A model generated the notes under the pieces. It saw nothing but the letters and a program-made list of their open reading frames with translations. It made no database searches and had not been told where the DNA came from. From positions 196,934-260,933 of the forward strand of contig JAKACP010000001.1 in assembly GCA_021821305.1 (NCBI GenBank): a DNA stretch of 64,000 bases. The letters are read 5' to 3'. The stretch is from a bacterium. Lineage in GTDB: Bacteria; Patescibacteriota; Minisyncoccia; Moranbacterales; UBA1568. Position numbers and translations under genes: made by a program. This document shows positions 18,565 through 27,357 of the stretch, piece by piece; the stretch's first letter is position 1; each line of letters begins with the position of its first letter.

Positions 18565-19620
18565 TCAGCGAAGGAGAATCCCGAGGAATTCCATCAGGTC
18601 CATGTCCTTGCGCGCGGTCAGCACGAGGTATCGCGCGATCGCCTCGCGTTTCGACGGAGTCTTATCCGGGCAGACCGCCTCATACGCGGCTACGTCCTCT
18701 TCCGTGAGGCTCGGAGCAGCTATGTCCTGGCCGCCCATGAGGTAATACATGAGCGAGCGGTCGTTGCCGACGTGTTCCTCGATGCCGAGCGCGTGGCCGA
18801 ACTCATGCGCGATCACGAGCCGGAGATCGTCTTTCCCTTCGAATTGGAATATCTCGATGGACGCGAGCGGCGGGACATAGAGCCCCTGTACGAAGGGACG
18901 GGGGTCGCCGTAGCGCTCCTTGAATTTGGCTATGTTCTCGTTCACGGCACCCGCCTTCGTGTTCATGGCCTTGGCCAGGGCGTTGACGCGTCCGGCGAGC
19001 GCCTGCAGTTCCTCGCTCGCCTCGGTGAGCCGCCGACCCTCTTCTTCCAGTTCTTTCTTGGTATCTTCCAGTTTCTCGTATATGTCCGCCGGCGCGCCGC
19101 CCGCTTCGTTCCATTTCGCCACCTCGGCGTTGTACTCCGCGAGAGCTTCCTCGTATTTTTCGGCATCCGCCTCGAAGCGTTTCTTGTCCCGTTCGTATCG
19201 GGCAAGGAGGTCGGCCCGCTTCTTCTCGATCTCCGCGCTTTCCGCCTCATAGGAAGCGACCGTCTCCTCGAGCATTCGCGCCTCGGTCGTCATCTTCTGG
19301 CGTTCGTCGAAGATGGCGGTGATCCGGAACGGGGACTGCGGGTCATAGAGGAATACGTCTTTCCCGAGACCGCGCTCCCAGACGGATTCGGCTTCGAGCG
19401 AGGCGGCGAGTACTCCCTTCCGATCGAGCGGAAACCGTTGATCGATCTCGCCCACGCCGTAGCGGATCGGCATATCGCATCCCGGAATACCCGCAGGGAG
19501 CCGGAAAAGCGCCGGCGCGGCCACGGATACGGCCATGGCGGCGATGAGGCCGGCGGTCATCAGGGATACTATCGGTTTTCGTGAATATGAGGTCGGGAGC
19601 ATGTCCGCGGATGAAATCAT
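18565..19620 (-). CDS. Membrane-anchored zinc metalloprotease (matrixin/M10-like) with a coiled-coil insert
   Basis: HEFGHALGIEEH zinc-binding motif, an N-terminal TM helix and a long EK-rich helical segment. Confidence 0.65.
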   Translation of the reverse strand: MISSADMLPTSYSRKPIVSLMTAGLIAAMAVSVAAPALFRLPAGIPGCDMPIRYGVGEIDQRFPLDRKGVLAASLEAESVWERGLGKDVFLYDPQSPFRITAIFDERQKMTTEARMLEETVASYEAESAEIEKKRADLLARYERDKKRFEADAEKYEEALAEYNAEVAKWNEAGGAPADIYEKLEDTKKELEEEGRRLTEASEELQALAGRVNALAKAMNTKAGAVNENIAKFKERYGDPRPFVQGLYVPPLASIEIFQFEGKDDLRLVIAHEFGHALGIEEHVGNDRSLMYYLMGGQDIAAPSLTEEDVAAYEAVCPDKTPSKREAIARYLVLTARKDMDLMEFLGILLR

Positions 19621-19732
19621 GTACGCGAAGTATACAATGCGGGAAATATGTTGACAAAAGTGCGGTTTTTCCCTATCATCACGCGGATTCGACTTTGTCG
19701 GACAATGTGTTCTTTATCAGACCGGAGGGATC

Positions 19733-20176
19733 ATGAATGATATCATTTCGTATGAGAATGCGGTTTCGGAATGTCATTCCGCAGAGTTGCGAAAATCCGT
19801 TTCCAAATTGGCAGCGATACATTTTGTTCCTCGCTGCGTGAACCGTCAAGGAGGGAGAAAGCTGATCGTATACGATCGAAGGTTCGAATCGGCCTATCAA
19901 TCACCGAAATTGCCGGCTTATCTGAAGGAAAAGATACTTTCCACGCTGCTTACGCTCTTCATCGAGCCGTATTCGTCGGAGAAGAAACAAAAGTCATCCC
20001 GGACGCATTCGTTCGATTCGACGAACCTCCGTCGCGAGGGATGGATACGGGACCTCCGTGACAACGCGCGGGTGAGCCGCGTCAATGACGAATGGCGCAT
20101 CGTGTGGAGCGAAGATCCGAGCAAGGTGACCGTCCATGCGGTCTGTCGCCATCAGGATATCTATTCGCAGGAGTGA
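19733..20176 (+). CDS. RelE/ParE-fold toxin-like domain protein (orphan)
   Basis: The C-terminus RVSRVNDEWRIVWSEDPSKVTVHAVCRHQDIY fits the RelE/ParE core pattern. No adjacent antitoxin ORF is visible. The local region is low-GC. Confidence 0.4.
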   Translation: MNDIISYENAVSECHSAELRKSVSKLAAIHFVPRCVNRQGGRKLIVYDRRFESAYQSPKLPAYLKEKILSTLLTLFIEPYSSEKKQKSSRTHSFDSTNLRREGWIRDLRDNARVSRVNDEWRIVWSEDPSKVTVHAVCRHQDIYSQE

Positions 20177-20383
20177 CGACATCGTTCGCCATGAGCGTTC
20201 GCGGGCCGGAAAAATTTCCGGTCCGTTTTCTTTGTCTGATCCGGTCCGGGGTTGATTTTTCCTTTGATCCATGCTATAATTGATTTGTGGGAAAATTTGT
20301 GCGAACGACCGGGTGACCGGTCTTTTTTGTTGAAAAAGAAAAAATAAGGCTTCACTGAGGGAAAATAAAAACATCGTACGCAT

Positions 20384-21007
20384 ATGCCGCTGGTTCGAAA
20401 CGACAAAAAAATCGAAGATACGAGCCATCGTAGTCCCGATACGGACTCGGCTCTCTATCTGGTCGTCCTGCTCTTGTCATCGGTCTTTTTCGGACTTCTG
20501 TTCTCGGCGTCCTCGCGGATACTGACGTACGAGATCGAAAGTGCCGATTTCGTCGGCTCGACTCCGAAATTCAAGACGACATTCGAACGCTCACTCGATA
20601 AGATGGTCAAAGGACATCCGATATCGGACATGACCCCGTATCTGGCACAGCAGAACGCGGTGACCGCGTCCTATCTCGTCGCCATCGCCAAGCATGAGAG
20701 CAACTGGGGAAAATATTCGCCGAAAATGGATGGGAAAGAATGCTACAACTACTGGGGATACCGGGGACAGACCGAAAAGGTCACCCGAAGCGGGTACTCG
20801 TGCTTCGACAGTCCGAGACAGGCGGTCTCGGTGGTCGGGAGGCGGCTCAACTATCTCATCTGGGATCTGCGTCTCGATACGCCTGAGGAACTCCTCGTAT
20901 GGAAATGCGGCTCGACCTGCGCCGGGCATGATCAGGGCGACGTGAATCGCTGGGCGCGCAATGTGGGCGTATACTCGAAAAAGGTCGAGAATGAAGCCCG
21001 ATTCTGA
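20384..21007 (+). CDS. Membrane-anchored protein with a conserved Cys-containing domain of unknown function (paralog of 62819..63901)
   Basis: Shares AIAKxESNWG...CxNYWGYRG...CF(D/N)S...VG(R/K)RL...WKCGSxCAGH with the ORF at the end of the window. Confidence 0.5.
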   Translation: MPLVRNDKKIEDTSHRSPDTDSALYLVVLLLSSVFFGLLFSASSRILTYEIESADFVGSTPKFKTTFERSLDKMVKGHPISDMTPYLAQQNAVTASYLVAIAKHESNWGKYSPKMDGKECYNYWGYRGQTEKVTRSGYSCFDSPRQAVSVVGRRLNYLIWDLRLDTPEELLVWKCGSTCAGHDQGDVNRWARNVGVYSKKVENEARF

Positions 21008-21058
21008 TACGGAGGGATCAAAAAAGAAAGCCGTGCCGGTAAATCCGGCGCGGCTTTT

Positions 21059-21511
21059 TCATCGTTCTCCATATATCTCGACGGCACAGGCCATGCGGAC
21101 ATATATCTGGTTTCCTTGTCTGAGCTCGAGGGAGTACGGATTGCTGAGGAGCTGGGGGTGTTCGCCTTGACGCCGTGAAGTGCCGAGGAGGTTCCCGTCG
21201 CCGCGTATTTCTCCTACCGTGTATACGCGTACCGGACCCGGTCCGTCATGGAACATGCGCCAGTAGTCGCCGACATTCCGGTCGTCCCACGCGGATCGCC
21301 CGGTTTCGTTGCCGCAGATGCGGAGCGCATCGAAGATCCGATGGAAGCACGTTTCGAGCAGTTCTCGCGGCGGGCACAGGTGCGGGTTGTCCCGGAACAC
21401 CTTGAGTCTCCGGTAGTCCCTCTCGCTCAACTTCCTTTCCATGAACAGTTTGTCCGCGGCGGGCCAGGCATAGCGGAAAAACAGTTGCTCCGGGGTGAGG
21501 ATTCCCATCAT
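21059..21511 (-). CDS. Hypothetical protein
   Basis: ORF with a GGAAGGAG RBS before MMGILTPEQ. Divergent from nrdD. No family recognised. Confidence 0.4.
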   Translation of the reverse strand: MMGILTPEQLFFRYAWPAADKLFMERKLSERDYRRLKVFRDNPHLCPPRELLETCFHRIFDALRICGNETGRSAWDDRNVGDYWRMFHDGPGPVRVYTVGEIRGDGNLLGTSRRQGEHPQLLSNPYSLELRQGNQIYVRMACAVEIYGER

Positions 21512-21716
21512 GTTCTCCTTCCTTTTCAATGAACGAAGTGGCATGCTAGCACGGACAACGGCGGGAATCAATGCCATGGACGGATTCCGGAGGGACGGAG
21601 GGGTGAAAAGAGAAAGATCTCCTCGGATAAGCGATACTTGCCAGATTCTGTTCTTGTGGTATACTTATCACGGAAACCACAACATGTAGTGTAATAAATA
21701 GTTTTAAATAAAAAAT

Positions 21717-23843
21717 ATGTCGAATCCGAAGAAACAGGGGAAGAGGAGTCGCATCCCCGAGAAAGTCCCGGGTTCGACCCGCACGAAGGAAGCGAAGAAG
21801 CCTCCGGTGTCGCCGTTCCGATACATCGTGAAGCGCGGCGGGCGAAAGGTACGGTTCGACGGGAAGAAGATCGCCGTCGCGGTCGGGAAGGCGTTCGCCG
21901 CGACCGGCGAGGGGGGCGAGGCGGAGGCGAAGCGCGTGGCCGCGAAGGTGGTGAGCCTCCTCCGGAAGGACATCGGCAGGGACGGCATACCGACGGTGGA
22001 GGGCGTACAGGACATGGTGGAACGGGTGCTCATGATCCTCGACTTCGAGGAGACGGCCAAGTCTTACATACTTTACCGTGAGGAGCACGCCCGGCTCCGC
22101 GAGATGGAGAAGGCGCTCGAGCTCTCCTCGGATCTCGTCGACCGGTACCTCCGCGAGCTCGATTGGCGGGTCCGGGAGAACGCGAACATGTCCTATTCCC
22201 TCCAGGGGCTCAACAATTACATCTCCTCGATCGTCAGCTCGAAGTACTGGATGAACAAGGTGTATCCGCGCGAGATACGCGACGCGCACGAGGGCGGCGA
22301 CCTACATCTCCACGATCTCCAGCTCGTCTCCGCGTACTGCTGCGGCTGGGATCTCCAGGACCTCATACGGCGCGGCTTTACCGGTGTTCCCGGGAAAGTG
22401 TCGTCGAGGCCGGCCAAGCACCTCTCGGTCATTCTGGGGCAGATGGTCAATTTCATCTATACGCTCCAAGGCGAGGTCGCCGGCGCGCAGGCGTTCTCGA
22501 ATTTCGATACGCTGCTCGCCCCCTTCGTCCGACGCGACCGACTCTCGTACGCACAGGTCAAACAGGAGATCCAGTCCTTCGTCTTCAACATGAACATCTC
22601 GACGCGGGTCGGATTCCAGACCCCGTTCTCGAACATCACGCTCGATATCACGTGTCCCAAGGCGCTCGCCAAGGAAGCGGTCGTCATGGGTGGCGAGCCG
22701 CAGAACGAGACCTACGGCGAATTCCAGGAAGAGATGGACATGATCAACCGCGCATTCGCCGAGGTGATGATGGAGGGGGATTCCGAGGGGCGCGTCTTCA
22801 CGTTCCCCATCCCGACCTACAACATCGGCAAGGACTTCGACTGGGACGACCCGCGGTACCTTCCCATCTGGGAGATGACCGCCAAATACGGCATCCCGTA
22901 TTTCGCGAACTTCGTGAATTCCGACATGGATCCGGAGGACGCGCGGAGCATGTGCTGTCGGCTCCGGCTCGACAACCGCGAGCTCCACAAGCGCGGTGGC
23001 GGACTCTTCGGCGCGGCTCCGCTCACCGGTTCGATCGGGGTCGTGACGATCAATCTCCCGCGTCTCGGCCGTACGGCGGAAAGCGAGAAGGAGTTCTTCG
23101 CCAAGCTCGATACGCTCATGGATATCGCCCAAGAAAGCCTCGAAATCAAGCGGAAACTGGTCGAGAAGCTCACCGATCAGGGATTGTATCCCTATACCAG
23201 GTTCTATCTCGCGCCGATCAAGGCCCGCCGGGGGGAATACTGGTCGAACCATTTCTCGACCATCGGCTTGGTCGGCATGAACGAGGCGGCGCAGAACCTT
23301 CTCGGGACCGACATCACGACCGCGAAGGGACAGCGGTTCGCCGGCAAGGTGCTGACCCACATGCGCAAGCGCATCATCGGGTATCAGAAGGCGACGGGCA
23401 ATCTCTACAATCTCGAAGCGACACCGGCGGAGGGGACATCATATCGGCTGGCACAGCTCGACCAGGCGAGGTACAAGGATATCGTCTTCGCGAACGCCGA
23501 GGCGGTGCGGGAGACGGGAGCGGCTCCCTACTACACCAATTCCTCGCACATCCCGGTCGGCCACACGGATGACATCTTCGAGGCGCTCCGCCTCCAAGAC
23601 GACCTCCAGACCAAATATACCGGCGGGACGGTGCTGCACGGCTTTCTCGGGGAGAGAATGTGGGATGCGGAGGCGACCCGGAACCTGGTCCGGAAGATCG
23701 CGGAGAACTATCGGCTCCCGTATTTCACCCTGACGCCGACTTTTTCCGTCTGCCCCGCGCACGGCTATGTCGCCGGCGAACACCATACCTGCCCCCGCTG
23801 TGTCGCGGAGCCGACACAACAAAAATATTCGACCATCGGATGA
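21717..23843 (+). CDS. nrdD: Anaerobic ribonucleoside-triphosphate reductase, main body (ATP-cone + barrel; glycyl-radical domain missing)
   Basis: N-terminal ATP-cone (KVRFDGKKIAVAV) and a class III RNR core. The ORF ends in a partial Zn ribbon (CPAHG...CPRC) with no RVxGY glycyl-radical motif. Confidence 0.85.
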   Translation: MSNPKKQGKRSRIPEKVPGSTRTKEAKKPPVSPFRYIVKRGGRKVRFDGKKIAVAVGKAFAATGEGGEAEAKRVAAKVVSLLRKDIGRDGIPTVEGVQDMVERVLMILDFEETAKSYILYREEHARLREMEKALELSSDLVDRYLRELDWRVRENANMSYSLQGLNNYISSIVSSKYWMNKVYPREIRDAHEGGDLHLHDLQLVSAYCCGWDLQDLIRRGFTGVPGKVSSRPAKHLSVILGQMVNFIYTLQGEVAGAQAFSNFDTLLAPFVRRDRLSYAQVKQEIQSFVFNMNISTRVGFQTPFSNITLDITCPKALAKEAVVMGGEPQNETYGEFQEEMDMINRAFAEVMMEGDSEGRVFTFPIPTYNIGKDFDWDDPRYLPIWEMTAKYGIPYFANFVNSDMDPEDARSMCCRLRLDNRELHKRGGGLFGAAPLTGSIGVVTINLPRLGRTAESEKEFFAKLDTLMDIAQESLEIKRKLVEKLTDQGLYPYTRFYLAPIKARRGEYWSNHFSTIGLVGMNEAAQNLLGTDITTAKGQRFAGKVLTHMRKRIIGYQKATGNLYNLEATPAEGTSYRLAQLDQARYKDIVFANAEAVRETGAAPYYTNSSHIPVGHTDDIFEALRLQDDLQTKYTGGTVLHGFLGERMWDAEATRNLVRKIAENYRLPYFTLTPTFSVCPAHGYVAGEHHTCPRCVAEPTQQKYSTIG

Positions 23844-23854
23844 GGAATATTTTT

Positions 23855-23992
23855 GAAAGCACAGGTCACAGAACACAAAACGCCAAACAAGACACAAAAT
23901 ATGAAATACAAACATGAAACCAAACATCCGCTTGTGCTTTGAGAATTGTGTTTTGTTTGGATTTTTGTGCTTTCGAACTTTGTGTTTTTAGC
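23855..23992. repeat. Family-2 AT-rich A/C-rich palindromic element, copy D, between the nrdD body and the glycyl-radical ORF
   Basis: Arms cacaaaacgccaaacaagacacaaaat / attgtgttttgtttggatttttgtg. Similar to copies at 45301 and 48456. Confidence 0.6.
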
Positions 23993-24021
23993 AAAAATAA
24001 GTAATACGTAACAATAAAAGT

Positions 24022-24270
24022 ATGCGGTGCCATGATTGCGGAAAGGAGCTCGTGAAGGGGGCGGAGTACATGCCGTATCGGGTCGGAGATAGCGGGTTCG
24101 CCAAGTGTCGGGCGTGCCACGAGGCGGATCCGGTGCTCCGCGGCTTCCAGGAGGCCGAGGTCTACTCGCGCGTCGTCGGCTATATCCGCCCGGTCAGACA
24201 GTGGAACAAGGGCAAGCAGGCGGAGTTCGGCGACCGGAAGGAATATGTGGCGGAAGGTCGCGCGTGCTAG
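24022..24270 (+). CDS. Stand-alone NrdD C-terminal glycyl-radical domain (Zn ribbon + RVVGY...WNKGKQAEFGDR)
   Basis: 82-aa ORF with CxxC...CxxC followed by the class III RNR glycyl-radical motif SRVVGYIRPVRQWNKGKQAEF. Confidence 0.6.
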   Translation: MRCHDCGKELVKGAEYMPYRVGDSGFAKCRACHEADPVLRGFQEAEVYSRVVGYIRPVRQWNKGKQAEFGDRKEYVAEGRAC

Positions 24271-24274
24271 ATAC

Positions 24275-24445
24275 GCCCGCTCAACCCGGATTCCTTTCGT
24301 TCCCGACCGCATCCTCGCCGCCCGGTTTCTTCTTTTCAAAAATTTCCCTCAATCGACGGCATCTCGAGGAAATTTTTGAAGAAGAAACGGGCTTACTCGA
24401 GCAATATGCGGTTCCCGGCAAACGAAAGGAATCCGGGTTGAGCGG
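24275..24445. repeat. ~170-bp near-perfect palindrome (nested inverted repeats) upstream of nrdG
   Basis: acgcccgctcaacccggattcctttcgtt ... aacgaaaggaatccgggttgagcgggct. An inner pair ttcttttcaaaaatttcc / ggaaatttttgaagaagaa is nested inside. Confidence 0.7.
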
Positions 24446-24474
24446 GCTCAATTCCTTCTCCGTGACTCATCCGT

Positions 24475-25176
24475 ATGCTCGTCGGCGGTTTCCAAAAATT
24501 GACGCTCATCGATTATCCGGGAAAGGTCGCGACCACCGTCTTTACGGTCGGGTGCAATTTCCGGTGTCCGTTCTGCCATAATCCGGAGCTCATCGACTTC
24601 CCGAAAGGCGAACTGCCGACGTATCGGAAGAACGAGGAAGCATTCTTCGATTTCCTCGAAAAGAGGAGGGGTCTCCTCGACGGGGTATGCGTGACGGGCG
24701 GCGAACCGACGGTCCAGCCGGACCTCCTGGAATTCCTGGAAAAGGTGAAGAATATGGGGTTTCTCGTGAAACTCGATACGAACGGGAGCCGTCCGGAGAT
24801 CGTCGCGGAAGTGATCGGGCGAGGCCTCGCCGATTTCTTCGCGATGGACATCAAGAACCGGATGGGGCGCTACGGCGAGACATCGGGCTCGGACGTGTCG
24901 GAGGAACGGATCCGGGAAAGCATCCGGCGGATCCGGGAAAGCGGAACGCCGTACGAGTTCCGGACGACGGTCGTGCCGGGTCTCCACGACGAGAGCGATT
25001 TCGACGGCATCGCGGAGCTGATCGACGGGGCGCCGACGTATTATCTGCAGGAGTTCCGCGATTTCCGTATCCTCTCGCCGGGGCTCCGTGACCGCGCGAA
25101 GGGAAAGACGATCGATCTCGACGCGATAGCGGTGAGGCTCGCTCCGCGTTTCGGGAAGGTGGGCGTCCGCCGGTGA
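24475..25176 (+). CDS. nrdG: Anaerobic ribonucleotide reductase activating protein (radical SAM)
   Basis: CNFRCPFCHN radical-SAM cysteine motif, adjacent to nrdD. Confidence 0.85.
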   Translation: MLVGGFQKLTLIDYPGKVATTVFTVGCNFRCPFCHNPELIDFPKGELPTYRKNEEAFFDFLEKRRGLLDGVCVTGGEPTVQPDLLEFLEKVKNMGFLVKLDTNGSRPEIVAEVIGRGLADFFAMDIKNRMGRYGETSGSDVSEERIRESIRRIRESGTPYEFRTTVVPGLHDESDFDGIAELIDGAPTYYLQEFRDFRILSPGLRDRAKGKTIDLDAIAVRLAPRFGKVGVRR

Positions 25177-25679
25177 GGTCTTTGTCAGGGGGAAAACGAA
25201 AATATCCGGAAAGCGAAATCCCGTCTTCCTGACCGAGGACGCTCGCGGTCGCCGGAATTTCCTTCCCGGATATTTTCGTGCGATACGTCGCAAAGTAAAA
25301 CCGCCCCCGTTCAGTGTGGGCGGTTCGTGTTTTCGGTCTGCGGGGTCTCTTATTATAAGAGACCCATGTTTCCGAAGAGCGTCAACGTGACGACCGGCAT
25401 GAGGGCGAGAAGAAAGGCGAATGCCATCTCATCGTTCTCCGCCGCTTTCTTGCAATCGGTGCAAGAATGCTCCTGCGCTTCCGACGTCCGTCCTGAGACT
25501 TCGTCGGCGCTGACCATGGGCCTTTCAGCTTCCATAGTTTTTTCTTACTGTTTATGTCGTCGAAAAGAAAAAACGGGAATCCTCGCTTTGAGGGCACCCG
25601 TTTCTCACTTCAACATATCCATTATACATCAAAAAAACGGGAAAGTCAAGGCGGAGCGGCATCGATATGTAAAGTATGA

Positions 25680-25708
25680 TTGACATACGCCGATTTTCGG
25701 GGTAGGGT
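25680..25708 (+). promoter_or_regulatory. Promoter (TTGACA-17-TAGGGT), preceded by the conserved box gatgtaaagta
   Basis: Same upstream box and -35 context as the promoter at 26314. Confidence 0.45.
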
Positions 25709-25714
25709 ATCCGT

Positions 25715-25924
25715 ATGAAAGAGATCTTGTCCAATGCCGTCAGGAAACGTCGCGAAGAGGAAGGCGTGACGCAAGAGGAGCTCGCCGAGGAGGTCGGCGT
25801 GACGCGGCAGACCATCATCGCCATCGAGAAGGGGAACTATGCTCCCTCGGTTCTGCTCGCGCTCAAGATCGCGGAGTTTTTTCATAAACCGTTGGAAAAA
25901 ATATTTTGGTATGAGAAAAGATAA
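25715..25924 (+). CDS. XRE-family HTH transcriptional regulator
   Basis: 69 aa with an HTH_3 pattern (VTQEELAEEVGVTRQTIIAIEKG). Confidence 0.75.
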   Translation: MKEILSNAVRKRREEEGVTQEELAEEVGVTRQTIIAIEKGNYAPSVLLALKIAEFFHKPLEKIFWYEKR

Positions 25925-26288
25925 CTTTTTCGCCGCCCTCGATATCGTGCTCGCCGCGTTGCCGGTCCTTATGCTTCTCCTCATCTGGGATCCATTCGGC
26001 TGGTTCGGACTCTCTGATTTCTGGATGATGGCCTCGACCGGTGTGTTCGTCGCGAGCATCGTCCCGTTCCTCGCGTTCGTATGGCGGGAAAAGGCGGAGG
26101 ACGAGCGGGAAGAGGTTCACCTCGCCATCGCCGGCCGCGTGGCGTTTCTCGCCGGCGCGAGCGTGCTCGCCTTCGCCATCGTCCTCTCCGTCCTCGCGCA
26201 CAAGCTCGGGCCCTGGCTCCCGCTCGCGCTCGCGACCATGATCGTGGCGAAGATCGGTACGCTCGCGTATCTCCGCGCAAAAAAATAG
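25911..26288 (+). CDS. Small membrane protein partnered with the XRE regulator
   Basis: Overlaps the XRE stop by 14 nt; three to four TM helices. Confidence 0.45.
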   Translation: MRKDNFFAALDIVLAALPVLMLLLIWDPFGWFGLSDFWMMASTGVFVASIVPFLAFVWREKAEDEREEVHLAIAGRVAFLAGASVLAFAIVLSVLAHKLGPWLPLALATMIVAKIGTLAYLRAKK

Positions 26289-26313
26289 CGAAAAGAGCTG
26301 ATGTAAAGTAAAC

Positions 26314-26342
26314 TTGACATACGTTTGCCTGGTAGGTATACT
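26314..26342 (+). promoter_or_regulatory. Promoter (TTGACA-17-TATACT), preceded by the conserved box gatgtaaagta
   Basis: Near-consensus hexamers. It lies inside the longest ORF prediction, which argues for the 26370 start. Confidence 0.5.
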
Positions 26343-26369
26343 GAAACGGTAATCTTTGTTTTTTGCACT

Positions 26370-27293
26370 ATGCAAAACGATATGATGCAGGGGTCCGGTG
26401 CGCCGATGCCGGGGAAGTCATCGCTTCCGCTGGTGATCGGTACGCTCGTCGCGGTCGTCGTCGTTGGGGCGTTCTACTTCGTGACGCGAAGCGATGAGAA
26501 GATGGAGGGCGATGCGATGATGGAGGCATCGAAGGACGATGCGATGATGACGGAGGAGAAAGACGAGAAGATGGAGGGCGAGGCAATGATGGAGAAGCGG
26601 GAAGTCACCGTGACGCTCGGCGCGCAGAACGCGTCCGGCCAGGAGGGAAAGGCGACGCTCGTCGAAACGGACGGGAAGACCAAGGTGACGATCGCTATCG
26701 GATCGGGTACGGCGGGAATCGCTCAGCCGGCCCATATCCATGTCGGTTCGTGCCCCGCTCCCGGAGCGGTGAAGTATCCGCTCACGAACGTCGTCGACGG
26801 CCGGTCGGAGACCGTGCTCGACGTGTCCTTGGAGACGCTCACCAAGGAACTGCCGCTTGCGATCAACGTGCACAAGTCGAAGGATGACGCGAAGACCTAC
26901 GTCTCATGCGGCGATATCACGGCCGCCGCGATGAGCGGAGAGGCGATGATGGAGAAAAAAACGGATGGGGCCATGATGACAAGCGCGGGATCATACGAGA
27001 CGTATGAGGCATCCAAGCTCGCGATGGCCAAGGAGGGGAAGGTCGTGTTGTTCTTCCGCGCCTCATGGTGCCCGACCTGTCGCGCGCTCGACGCGTCGAT
27101 ACGGAAGGAAGCCTCGGCGATCCCCGGGAACCTGACCATCCTTGACGTGGATTATGATACCTACAAGGATCTCAAGGCGAAGTACGGCGTGACCACGCAG
27201 CACACGCTGGTGCAGGTGGACGCCGACGGGAGGGAGATCACGAAATGGGTCGGCAGCGAGAATCTCGCGGAACTCGTGGCGAAACTGAAGTAG
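26370..27293 (+). CDS. Membrane-anchored Met/His-rich putative copper-binding domain fused to a thioredoxin
   Basis: Met-rich repeats (EGDAMMEASKDDAMMTEEKDEKMEGEAMMEK), AHIHVGSC, and a C-terminal WCPTC thioredoxin motif. Confidence 0.55.
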   Translation: MQNDMMQGSGAPMPGKSSLPLVIGTLVAVVVVGAFYFVTRSDEKMEGDAMMEASKDDAMMTEEKDEKMEGEAMMEKREVTVTLGAQNASGQEGKATLVETDGKTKVTIAIGSGTAGIAQPAHIHVGSCPAPGAVKYPLTNVVDGRSETVLDVSLETLTKELPLAINVHKSKDDAKTYVSCGDITAAAMSGEAMMEKKTDGAMMTSAGSYETYEASKLAMAKEGKVVLFFRASWCPTCRALDASIRKEASAIPGNLTILDVDYDTYKDLKAKYGVTTQHTLVQVDADGREITKWVGSENLAELVAKLK

Positions 27294-27357
27294 ATCGCGT
27301 ATCCGCACTCCTCTCCGGCGACATTCCGGAGAGGTCGCGAATCCGTGATATCACCAT

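Noticed and set aside
23844-24021. Group I/II intron or intein interrupting nrdD
   Set aside because: The 178-bp gap is far too short for a self-splicing intron and lacks conserved intron helices. It contains stop codons in all frames, so it is not an intein. It matches the family-2 palindromic repeat instead.
26325-26369. Earlier start codon for the Met-rich thioredoxin ORF
   Set aside because: The ATG lies inside the predicted -35/-10 promoter (26314-26342). The 26370 start follows the deduced transcription start.
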